20,000 nt of DNA, taken from the IMG/VR virus record IMGVR_UViG_3300020451_000536; one strand, given 5' to 3'. Position 1 is the stretch's first letter; every line of letters begins with the position of its first letter. Under the pieces are notes generated by a model that saw nothing but the letters and a program-made list of their open reading frames with translations, did not search any database and was not told the origin of the DNA. The translations under genes and the position numbers were made by a program. Below are positions 9,716 to 17,370 of this stretch, one piece after another. Source of the DNA: an uncultured virus (IMG/VR IMGVR_UViG_3300020451_000536). Taxonomy: Duplodnaviria; Heunggongvirae; Uroviricota; Caudoviricetes.

Positions 9716-10732
9716 CTAAATGATTCCGTATATTTTTACATTACCGAAAACATTATACCCAGTTGTGGTATAATCCATATTACCACCACCGCCACCGCCA
9801 CTAACTTTGATTTCAAAAGATACATCAGTAAAATTATTATTATTTTGTAATATATTATGACCTTTTTCAAAATAATCAGTATTGCTGCTTCCGTGCATTA
9901 TTGTTTCAGAAATGGAGAAAGCTGGTATGTCAGTAGTTTGAAAATTATGAAACTCGCAAGTACCCATAGCTAACATATCTTCATTATTAGAAAAGTTTTG
10001 ACAAAATACTAATAAGTCATCACTATCACCATATACAACAGAATTAGTAGTTTGGTCTGCTCTAATATAATGTAGTGTATGTTTAACAGTTGATGATGTT
10101 CCAGTTGATAATGTACCACCAGTACCTAATCTTACAATCAATCCACAGTTAGAATTATTTGCTTGACTTTCTGTTTCTTTAACTGTGTATATTGCTTTAT
10201 ATGTTCTATATGTGGAAGAAAAAATATTTTGAAAATGAAAAGGTTGTGCAGCTGCAGAACCAGATGCAACATCTTTTTCTTCTAACAAAACTAATCCACC
10301 AGCTGCACCAAATTCCAATCCAGTTCCACCAGTATTAACTTTAACTGCTTGTCCAGCAGAACCTAAAGTATTAATATTAAACAATCCAATTTTATCTACA
10401 AAAGTTTCGTCAAATAATATTCTGTGATTTGCATTTGAACTAGAACCATCAGTACCATCTAAAACTAAAAAATCACCAGCATCTGCTGTTCCATTTGTAG
10501 AATTTAAAATAATAGAATCTGATGAAATATTATTTACTGCAGCTGATTGTAACTCATCACGAGTAACTGCATTAGCAGATATTTCTGTTGAACCAACTGC
10601 ATCATTTGGAATTTTTGCAGAGGTGACATTATCATCTAAAATCTTTGCAGTGGTGACAGCATTATCTGCAATCTGTGTTGTTGCAATCGTTCCAGATTGT
10701 ATTGCACCTACTGGTATTTTACTTATTGGCAT
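9716..10732 (-). CDS. Short tail-fibre-like protein (338 aa): 10-aa shaft repeats plus C-terminal head domain
   Basis: It has about five tandem 10-aa repeats (IADNAVTTAK/ILDDNVTSAK/IPNDAVGSTE/ISANAVTRDE), a 'GSAGQAVKVNTGGTGLEFG' fibre linker and a C-terminal domain ending VKIYGII. A chaperone gene follows it. Confidence 0.75.
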   Translation of the reverse strand: MPISKIPVGAIQSGTIATTQIADNAVTTAKILDDNVTSAKIPNDAVGSTEISANAVTRDELQSAAVNNISSDSIILNSTNGTADAGDFLVLDGTDGSSSNANHRILFDETFVDKIGLFNINTLGSAGQAVKVNTGGTGLEFGAAGGLVLLEEKDVASGSAAAQPFHFQNIFSSTYRTYKAIYTVKETESQANNSNCGLIVRLGTGGTLSTGTSSTVKHTLHYIRADQTTNSVVYGDSDDLLVFCQNFSNNEDMLAMGTCEFHNFQTTDIPAFSISETIMHGSSNTDYFEKGHNILQNNNNFTDVSFEIKVSGGGGGGNMDYTTTGYNVFGNVKIYGII

Positions 10733-10900
10733 CTATGAAACCTTCTTTCCAAAATATCCAGTTGTTTCATCAATCTTTCTTGTTTCACCTTCTTTGTTTG
10801 CATCAAAAGGTGTTTCTGGTAATTCTATGTAAGTAGAACCATCTGGTTTTTTTAATTTTGCACCACCAGTCGGTGATTGTTTTGTAATTCTAGTTACCAT
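10733..10900 (-). CDS. Small hypothetical protein (55 aa; below ORF-track cutoff)
   Basis: Manual translation gives MVTRITKQSPTGGAKLKKPDGSTYIELPETPFDANKEGETRKIDETTGYFGKKVS*. It has an AGGA RBS (aaaAGGAattaagATG) and fills the gap exactly, with its TAG abutting the next ATG. Confidence 0.75.
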   Translation of the reverse strand: MVTRITKQSPTGGAKLKKPDGSTYIELPETPFDANKEGETRKIDETTGYFGKKVS

Positions 10901-10912
10901 CTTAATTCCTTT

Positions 10913-10929
10913 TATTTATTATATTTATC
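10913..10929 (-). promoter_or_regulatory. Two tandem ATAAATA late-promoter-like motifs
   Basis: The minus strand reads GATAAATA-t-AATAAATA-aaAGGAattaagATG in the 34-nt gap before the 55-aa gene. The AT-rich background makes chance matches possible. Confidence 0.55.
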
Positions 10930-10934
10930 ACAAT

Positions 10935-12500
10935 TTATTTCCATTGTAAAGACACTCCGTGTATTTTATTTGCACCTTCAAGAGATGAACCAACAATTTT
11001 CCAACGAAGTCTAACTTGTGGTGATGCACTTCCAGTCAATGGAGTAGAACCACTGAAAATTTTAATTCCACTAGAACCAGCAGAATATCCTTCATCTGTT
11101 AATGTAACAGAATTAAATGTTGTATTATCTCTAGTTACACTTGCACTAATCTCTGAATTTATATCATCACCTAATTCTGCAAAAATTACAATCCGTGCTG
11201 TACTTGGTGCTGTATTTGCAGTAAATGTGTCTGATATTAATGTCATACTTGAACTTGAAACTTGTTGTTGTGATGCAGATACGATAACAATTCCAGAACC
11301 ACCAGTACCACCAGTGCCTGGGGGCCCACCGCCTGTACCACCATTACCAGTATTTGCAGATGCATCTGCACCAGCACCACTAACACCTTCTGGGCCACTA
11401 TTACCACCAGTTGCATAAGTTACTGGACTAGAACCATCTGCAATAGTATATGCAAGACCAACACCGCCTGGATTTAATGAATTTTGTGGTTCAGTTGGTA
11501 AGTTATCATTACCTATTGCACCAGCTCCTCCACCGCCTCCACCGTCTCTGTGTCCATCTGGTGGAGTTTGTGGTGTTGCTTGTGAACCAGCACCACCTCT
11601 GTTTCCAAAACCACCAGGCGAGTTTACTGGTAATACACTTGGTGATAACCCAGTTGGGTGATTTGAAACTTGTGTACTTGTTCCAATGTAATGTGGGCCT
11701 TGAGGTGACGGAGTAGTTGGTAAACCAGTTGCTGGTAAGGGTAATGCATCTGAACCAAATTTTTCACCAACTGGTTGATATGCTGGAACAACACCCATAT
11801 CTGGAACTTTACCACCAATACCACCACCAGAACCACCAGGCCTTCCTAAAAAATGACTTTGTGGAAAACCTTGTGAATCTCCACCTTTACCTCCACCTTC
11901 ACCTACCAAGGGTAAAGGACTTGGGTGATTAAAACTTGAGTCTGCACCATTGTAACCAAATGTTGGGTGAGGGCCACCAGGCGCAGGCGTTTCTCCCATA
12001 CCAGCACCAACAACATATGCATAACTATTACCACCAGTAACTGGATAATTTGGATAATAAATTAAACCACCAGCTCCACCTCCACCAGTTCCATCTGATG
12101 CACTTCCACCTCCAGCACCCCCACCACCTACAATGAGAACATTAACATTTGTAGTTGTTGGTTCTGCTGTATAGTTTCCACTACCAGAAGTATAAGAAGT
12201 TATTTCGGTTGTATTAGGAACAGGCCCTGCTGATTTATTTTCAAAGAAATCTGAAGTTGCATCATATATTGCGTTTGAATTTTCAGCAGTATCTACACCA
12301 GTATTGTCGTGAAATTCGTCTACTACACCATCTATTAAATTGAACACAGTCAAACCATCATTAACTGCGACTTTGAAACCTAATACACCAATGTTAAATG
12401 CATTACTATCTATTGTACCAGATGGATTTAAACTTGTTTGTAATTTTGCTTCAGTGATATCACCATCTTTGATATTAATACCATCAACTCTTGTTGTCAT
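10935..12500 (-). CDS. Glycine/proline-rich virion fibre-like protein, paralog 2 (521 aa)
   Basis: It has a glycine-rich core ('VLIVGGGGAGG...GGGGAGGLIY', 'GGGGGAGAIG', 'ANTGNGGTGG...GGSGIVIV'). Its N- and C-terminal domains clearly align with those of 12504..14156. Confidence 0.8.
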   Translation of the reverse strand: MTTRVDGINIKDGDITEAKLQTSLNPSGTIDSNAFNIGVLGFKVAVNDGLTVFNLIDGVVDEFHDNTGVDTAENSNAIYDATSDFFENKSAGPVPNTTEITSYTSGSGNYTAEPTTTNVNVLIVGGGGAGGGSASDGTGGGGAGGLIYYPNYPVTGGNSYAYVVGAGMGETPAPGGPHPTFGYNGADSSFNHPSPLPLVGEGGGKGGDSQGFPQSHFLGRPGGSGGGIGGKVPDMGVVPAYQPVGEKFGSDALPLPATGLPTTPSPQGPHYIGTSTQVSNHPTGLSPSVLPVNSPGGFGNRGGAGSQATPQTPPDGHRDGGGGGGAGAIGNDNLPTEPQNSLNPGGVGLAYTIADGSSPVTYATGGNSGPEGVSGAGADASANTGNGGTGGGPPGTGGTGGSGIVIVSASQQQVSSSSMTLISDTFTANTAPSTARIVIFAELGDDINSEISASVTRDNTTFNSVTLTDEGYSAGSSGIKIFSGSTPLTGSASPQVRLRWKIVGSSLEGANKIHGVSLQWK

Positions 12501-12503
12501 AAC

Positions 12504-14156
12504 TTATCCCCATTGTAATGCAACACCGTGTATTTTATTTTCAGCTGTTTGATTACTTCCAACTATTTTCCAACGAACTTGTACTTGAGGACTTGCAGTT
12601 CCAGTTAATGGAGTAGAACCAGTAAATACTTTTGTACCACTACTTCCACTTACATAACCAGTGTCTGTTAATGTGATTGCATTAAAGGTTGTGTTATCTC
12701 TCGTTGCAGAAACTGTTACATCTGTATTTAAATCATCACTTATCTCTGCAAATAAAACTATTCTTGCTTTTGTTGGTACTGAGTTTGCAGTAAATGTATC
12801 TGATATCAATGTGCTACTTGCAGATGTAGCTAAACTTTCCATTTCTAATACGACTATTTGTCCACTACCACCATCACCGCCTGGAATATTATAATAAGAG
12901 GGGCCTGAACCACCTGGCCCACCACCGTGTGAACCACCTCCACTACCAGTGTTCACAGCACCAGCATATCCAGTATCAGCTGCTAAAGTATGTGTGTTCT
13001 GTGGATTGTGGTTTCCATCACCACCACCACCTTCACCACCTTCTGTTTCACCGCCTGGTGCATATCTACCACCAGAACCACCACCAGCAACCTTACCGTC
13101 TGGATGACCATAACCAGCAGGAAACCAATTTAATTGTGGGTTAGGAGGCCCTACTGCAATACCATCACCACCAACACCAGCATTTGCACCACTAGCAGCT
13201 GTTCCGACTGCACCAGCACCACCTCCACCTCCACCAGCATAACCTGGCCCAGAGGCATATAAAAGACCACCGTCAAATCCTTGTTGTGTGAAATCTCCAG
13301 CAGGGTGTCTATTTTCTCCAGTTTCACCTTCACCTACTGTACCATGTTCATATCCAGCACCCCCACCAGAACCACCAGGCAATCCGTCTACTAATTCTTG
13401 GCCAGGAAAATCTGGGTCAGATGCAGATGGGTCAAAAGTATATCCGTGTCCACCAGCACCACCACCTTCTGCTGTAATTGTTGGGCCGAAAGTTGAATCA
13501 TTGCCTGGTCGTGAGTGTCTTCCGCCTGGATATTGAGGATTTGTTAATGAAAGAGGAAAGATAGTTGGAGCATCGCCAGGAAAATATGGTTGTATTGCTG
13601 TTGGATAAGATGGGTGATAAGGATGAAATCTACCTTCACCACCAGCACCAACATTTACTGCAACACTAGCACCACCAGTTACTGGAACATCAGCATCTAA
13701 AACGACACCACCAGCACCACCACCGCCGCCTCCACCAATACCCATTCCACCACCACCACCAGCACCACCACCAGCGATTGCAAAAACTTTAACGACAGTT
13801 GTAGTTGGTTCATTTGAAAATGTACCAGGCCCAGTTGATGTTATTTGGGTTAAACCTGCTTGTGGAGATGGAATAGGATTAGGGCCATCTAAATTTGAAT
13901 AGAAATCAGAAGTTGCATCATATTGATTGGTTACATTTTCTGCTGTGTCTATACCACTTTCATTGTTAAATTCATCAACAATACCATCAACTAAATTAAA
14001 GATTGTCAAACCTTCATTGACTGCAATCTTAAATCCTAATACACCAATATTAAAAGCATTACCATCTGTTGCACCACTTGACTTTGCAGCTGCATTTAAA
14101 TCATCTGTTGTGACTGAACCATCGGTAATATTGTCACCAGTAATTTTTGTAGTCAT
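12504..14156 (-). CDS. Glycine/proline-rich virion fibre-like protein, paralog 1 (550 aa)
   Basis: It has the same architecture as 10935..12500: 'NAFNIGVLGFKIAVNEGLTIFNLVDGIVDEF', a Gly-rich core, and the C-terminus 'RWKIVGSNQTAENKIHGVALQWG'. Confidence 0.8.
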   Translation of the reverse strand: MTTKITGDNITDGSVTTDDLNAAAKSSGATDGNAFNIGVLGFKIAVNEGLTIFNLVDGIVDEFNNESGIDTAENVTNQYDATSDFYSNLDGPNPIPSPQAGLTQITSTGPGTFSNEPTTTVVKVFAIAGGGAGGGGGMGIGGGGGGGAGGVVLDADVPVTGGASVAVNVGAGGEGRFHPYHPSYPTAIQPYFPGDAPTIFPLSLTNPQYPGGRHSRPGNDSTFGPTITAEGGGAGGHGYTFDPSASDPDFPGQELVDGLPGGSGGGAGYEHGTVGEGETGENRHPAGDFTQQGFDGGLLYASGPGYAGGGGGGAGAVGTAASGANAGVGGDGIAVGPPNPQLNWFPAGYGHPDGKVAGGGSGGRYAPGGETEGGEGGGGDGNHNPQNTHTLAADTGYAGAVNTGSGGGSHGGGPGGSGPSYYNIPGGDGGSGQIVVLEMESLATSASSTLISDTFTANSVPTKARIVLFAEISDDLNTDVTVSATRDNTTFNAITLTDTGYVSGSSGTKVFTGSTPLTGTASPQVQVRWKIVGSNQTAENKIHGVALQWG

Positions 14157-14165
14157 TTAATTATC

Positions 14166-14963
14166 CTATACTACTAAATATCTGACACCAATCTGTACTG
14201 TATTTGCTGGTGCAGTTGTAAAAGTTAAAGTTGTACCAGACACACCATAATCGGTAGTTGGTTTTTGAACAATTCCATTCTCTGTTACGATAACACTGTT
14301 AACTGTATGTCCTGCTGTAACTGTAAATGCAGTTGTAGAACCATCACCAGTAAAATATGATGATGAATAAGTAAATGCAGCTTTAGCGTTTGTTACTGCA
14401 TCATCTTGAATTTTTGCAGTAGATATTCCACCATCACTTACAGTTCCTAAATTAACTTCGTTTGTTGTTGATAAGTGAACTACTACTATGACAGCAGATG
14501 TTCCTGGCGCAGAAGTAAAAGTTATTGTTGAACCAGATATTGAAAAGTTGGTTGTATATTTTTGAAACACACCATTTACAAATGCAATTACTGTTGATGA
14601 TGCATTAGCAGGAACTCTTGATAAACTAAATCCAGTTGTTGAATTATCACCAGTGAAAGTGTCTATTGTTGGAGTTGTATCTGTTGCAGTTCTAGATGCT
14701 ACTAATTGTTGTCTACCAAGATAAATAACAAAACATCTTACAGAGTTTGCTGGTGCAGATGCAAATGTAATTTTTTGAGAACCACTAACCATTGCAATAT
14801 CATATGCACTACCAGGCTCTTGAATAACACCACCTAAAGAAACTATGATTGAAGTTGCAGATGCCACTACATGAGTAAGTGTAAATTGTGTAGTTGAACC
14901 ATCACCAGTAAAGATGTCTTTTTCAAATGCACCAAATGAAGGTTCTTTTCCAATATATGCCAT
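14166..14963 (-). CDS. Virion structural protein with three 'FTGDGSTT.FT' beta-repeat domains (265 aa)
   Basis: It contains three ~65-aa units (FTGDGSTTQFTL...ITFASAP; FTGDNSTTGFSL...ITFTSAP; FTGDGSTTAFTV...LTFTTAP) and a MAYIG..P N-terminus, which is common in marine phage tail/baseplate proteins. Confidence 0.8.
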   Translation of the reverse strand: MAYIGKEPSFGAFEKDIFTGDGSTTQFTLTHVVASATSIIVSLGGVIQEPGSAYDIAMVSGSQKITFASAPANSVRCFVIYLGRQQLVASRTATDTTPTIDTFTGDNSTTGFSLSRVPANASSTVIAFVNGVFQKYTTNFSISGSTITFTSAPGTSAVIVVVHLSTTNEVNLGTVSDGGISTAKIQDDAVTNAKAAFTYSSSYFTGDGSTTAFTVTAGHTVNSVIVTENGIVQKPTTDYGVSGTTLTFTTAPANTVQIGVRYLVV

Positions 14964-15284
14964 TTACGATTCCTTTGGATATTTCTTTTTTATAGCATCA
15001 ACTTTCTCTTTCCACTTGTCAATACCGTTTTCTGTAATATATTCTATCTGTGATTCTAATGAACCATATTCTGATTTTCTACTATCTATTGCAACTTGAT
15101 TTTTTTCTTCTTTATCTGCATCAGATTCTACAGCTTTAAGTTGAGTATCTGTTGGTTTAGTTTTTTCTTCAATATTCCATTCAGCAATATATACACCTTT
15201 ACCATCATCTTGAAGTGTTACTTCAAAAGGAAAGTTTACTTCTCTACCCATATATTTTTCTATTTTTGTTTTTAAAGATGCCAT
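14964..15284 (-). CDS. XkdW-like small tail-associated protein / putative fibre chaperone (106 aa)
   Basis: 'VTLQDDGKGVYIAEWN...KPTDTQL' resembles XkdW-type proteins. The C-terminus is 'RKSEYGSLESQIEYI...WKEKVDAIKKKYPK'. It follows the C1q-like gene. Confidence 0.7.
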   Translation of the reverse strand: MASLKTKIEKYMGREVNFPFEVTLQDDGKGVYIAEWNIEEKTKPTDTQLKAVESDADKEEKNQVAIDSRKSEYGSLESQIEYITENGIDKWKEKVDAIKKKYPKES

Positions 15285-15288
15285 AATA

Positions 15289-15810
15289 TTATCCTATTCT
15301 AAATGCTCCAAAAAAAGTATGAGGTGTTGTTGCATTACCATAAGCTGTGGGAGTTCCACTTGCTAAGCCTGGATATGAATAAAACTCAATGTAATCACTA
15401 GAGCCATTCATATCAAAAAGACCAGAAGCTATTATGTTACCACCATTACCACCATTATTTCTTAAATCGCTATAACCATATACTCTTGAATTACTTGATG
15501 TTCCATTCTTAAAAATTTCATTTAACATCCAATTTACAGTTCCTTGACCCTCACTAGCAATATCGCAATTTGCAAATACATAATATTTACCAGCAGTTTG
15601 TGGTGTAAACCTATAATTTGATGAATTATCGTATTGACCAGCAGAATCATAAACTTCAGTATTGCATAAAAGTTTATTACGAGCATTATTAGTCAATGTT
15701 TGATTTGCACTTAAATATGCAAAAAATGATGGAGTTGCACTTGTTATTAAAGGTGCAGCTGAACCAATAATCGTATTTGTATTTAAATTATCTACTGTTA
15801 ATGTACCCAT
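15289..15810 (-). CDS. C1q/TNF-like domain protein, putative receptor-binding head (173 aa)
   Basis: 'PSFFAYLSANQT...LCNTEVYDSAGQYDNSSNYRFTPQTAGKYYVFAN...DYIEFY...TFFGAFRI' follows the C1q globular-domain pattern (F.A..., FT.P..G.Y.F, terminal F.GF). Confidence 0.75.
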   Translation of the reverse strand: MGTLTVDNLNTNTIIGSAAPLITSATPSFFAYLSANQTLTNNARNKLLCNTEVYDSAGQYDNSSNYRFTPQTAGKYYVFANCDIASEGQGTVNWMLNEIFKNGTSSNSRVYGYSDLRNNGGNGGNIIASGLFDMNGSSDYIEFYSYPGLASGTPTAYGNATTPHTFFGAFRIG

Positions 15811-15811
15811 T

Positions 15812-16441
15812 TTATTTTATTATCCCATATACTGATATATTATTTACTGTAATATTTCCACTAGCAAAATATAATGTAAATCCGTTTACAACTAATGCTC
15901 TTTGTGCAAGTATAAATCCACCGTTAACAAAACCAAATTGTGTGTCACCAGAATTTGTATTCATAGAAGCGTGTCCGTGAAGTTGACAAGCGTGTGTTGA
16001 ACTGTTAACATTTAAAAGATGAAAAGAATTAGTTTGACTTTCTCCAGTAGCATTTCCTACTGATTGGTATGCTAAAGGTATATAAGCTGCACCAGTGTGA
16101 TGATACCCATATGTTGAACTACTACCAACCGAAGTTTCATAAGCATAATAACTATTTGTGTTTTGAGAACCACCAGTATTAAAATTTAATCTTAATTGTT
16201 GAGTATCAGTTGCTGGACTTGCGTTTAAAGTTACAAAGTAATCGTCATAAGTAGAATTAATATAAGTTTCATCTATTTCAAAAGTAGCTGCAGCTGTGCC
16301 ACTACCAACAAAAAGTTTAATCATACCCACACCAGCACTTCTTAATGCTGCTGGAGTCAGTAAACCACTTTGTGCAACACCATCTGTGATAAGTGCAGTA
16401 CCATCTCTTTTTTGTAAGTTGTTTACTTTTAATGTACCCAT
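15812..16441 (-). CDS. Short fibre/head-domain protein with MGTLKV leader (209 aa)
   Basis: It has a beta-rich C-terminal domain ('INSTYDDYFV...FTLYFASGNITVNNISVYGIIK') similar in pattern to the C-terminus of the 338-aa protein. An AGGA RBS lies upstream. Confidence 0.75.
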   Translation of the reverse strand: MGTLKVNNLQKRDGTALITDGVAQSGLLTPAALRSAGVGMIKLFVGSGTAAATFEIDETYINSTYDDYFVTLNASPATDTQQLRLNFNTGGSQNTNSYYAYETSVGSSSTYGYHHTGAAYIPLAYQSVGNATGESQTNSFHLLNVNSSTHACQLHGHASMNTNSGDTQFGFVNGGFILAQRALVVNGFTLYFASGNITVNNISVYGIIK

Positions 16442-16451
16442 TTTATTTTCC

Positions 16452-16820
16452 TTAACTAGGTTCTGTTGGCCAAGTAACTTTTTTTACTTTGTCAACAGTA
16501 TCTAATCCTTTTGTTAAATCTCTCAGTTCTTCTCTATACACTTGCCATTTACCTTTAGTTGTACTATCCATTCTAGAGTCACTTATGTCTGGCATTTGTG
16601 TCCAATCACTTTCTCTTAAAAGTCTATTTCTTATTGGTCTTATTTCATCTAATGCTTCACGAAGTTCACCCTCATCTTTTTTTGCTAATAATTCTGATTC
16701 TGTTGGTTTCGTTGTTGATTTGTCTAACCAAGTTAAATTTTTATAATCAGTTTGGTCATTACCCACTAACTCCCATAAACAACCAGGCCAATAGTATTCT
16801 AATAATTTTGCTATGTTCAT
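16452..16820 (-). CDS. Tail fibre assembly chaperone-like protein (Phage_tail_APC-like C-terminus, 122 aa)
   Basis: It contains 'IRPIRNRLLRESDWTQMPD...WQVYREELRDLT...VTWPTEPS' and is paralogous to 9413..9706. Confidence 0.85.
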   Translation of the reverse strand: MNIAKLLEYYWPGCLWELVGNDQTDYKNLTWLDKSTTKPTESELLAKKDEGELREALDEIRPIRNRLLRESDWTQMPDISDSRMDSTTKGKWQVYREELRDLTKGLDTVDKVKKVTWPTEPS

Positions 16821-16824
16821 ATTA

Positions 16825-17361
16825 CTAACCTTTTATCTCTTGAAGAGTTACAGAATTTAAAGCCATTGTTCCATTATATTTTTCTGAACTTCTTCTTTGT
16901 ACATAAATTGCTGAAGACCCTGCCATACAACCAGCTCTAATTGAATATGTTACTGCTGATGTTGAACTAGGTGAATCTAAAACATTAATATTACATTGGT
17001 CAGGCTGACCACCACCTTCAGCATTACTATCGTGTACAGTTAATATACAAGTGCTATCTCTAAAAACAGCTATTCCCCATCCATTAGCAGCAGAACTTGA
17101 ACCCTCAATAGAACCAGTTATAAAAATTTTATTTGAAGTAGAGCTCGGTGTTATTGCTTGTGAGTAAATTTCTGTTCCTTCTGAAACTGTGGGAGTTGTA
17201 TCATCATCTGGTATTGAAGAAGTAAAAGTTGCTTTTGCAACTGCAACTGTTATTTGTTGTAGAACTATTCCTGCTCCACTAACACTTGAACTAAAAACAC
17301 CATCAGTAAGAATAGCAGTTCCGTCTTCTTTTTGTATATTATCTACTTTTAATGTACCCAT
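16825..17361 (-). CDS. Short fibre/head-domain protein with MGTLKV leader (178 aa)
   Basis: 'GIVLQQ...SIPDDDTTPTVSEGTEI...ITPSSTSNKI...LDSPSSTSAVTYSIR...VTLQEIKG' resembles a small uncharacterised marine phage tail-associated family. A chaperone gene follows it. Confidence 0.75.
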   Translation of the reverse strand: MGTLKVDNIQKEDGTAILTDGVFSSSVSGAGIVLQQITVAVAKATFTSSIPDDDTTPTVSEGTEIYSQAITPSSTSNKIFITGSIEGSSSAANGWGIAVFRDSTCILTVHDSNAEGGGQPDQCNINVLDSPSSTSAVTYSIRAGCMAGSSAIYVQRRSSEKYNGTMALNSVTLQEIKG

Positions 17362-17370
17362 AAAATCTAC

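Noticed and set aside
7943..13333. Alternative-frame minus-strand ORFs 7943..8176, 11624..11836 and 13151..13333
   Set aside because: They are nested out of frame within gp8 or the Gly-rich genes. Their V/L/Q-rich text is a frame-shift artefact of biased codons.
11300..13780. Locally higher GC and cca/cac runs suggesting foreign DNA or collagen repeats
   Set aside because: Poly-Gly/Pro codons explain the composition, and there is no sustained Gly-X-Y periodicity.
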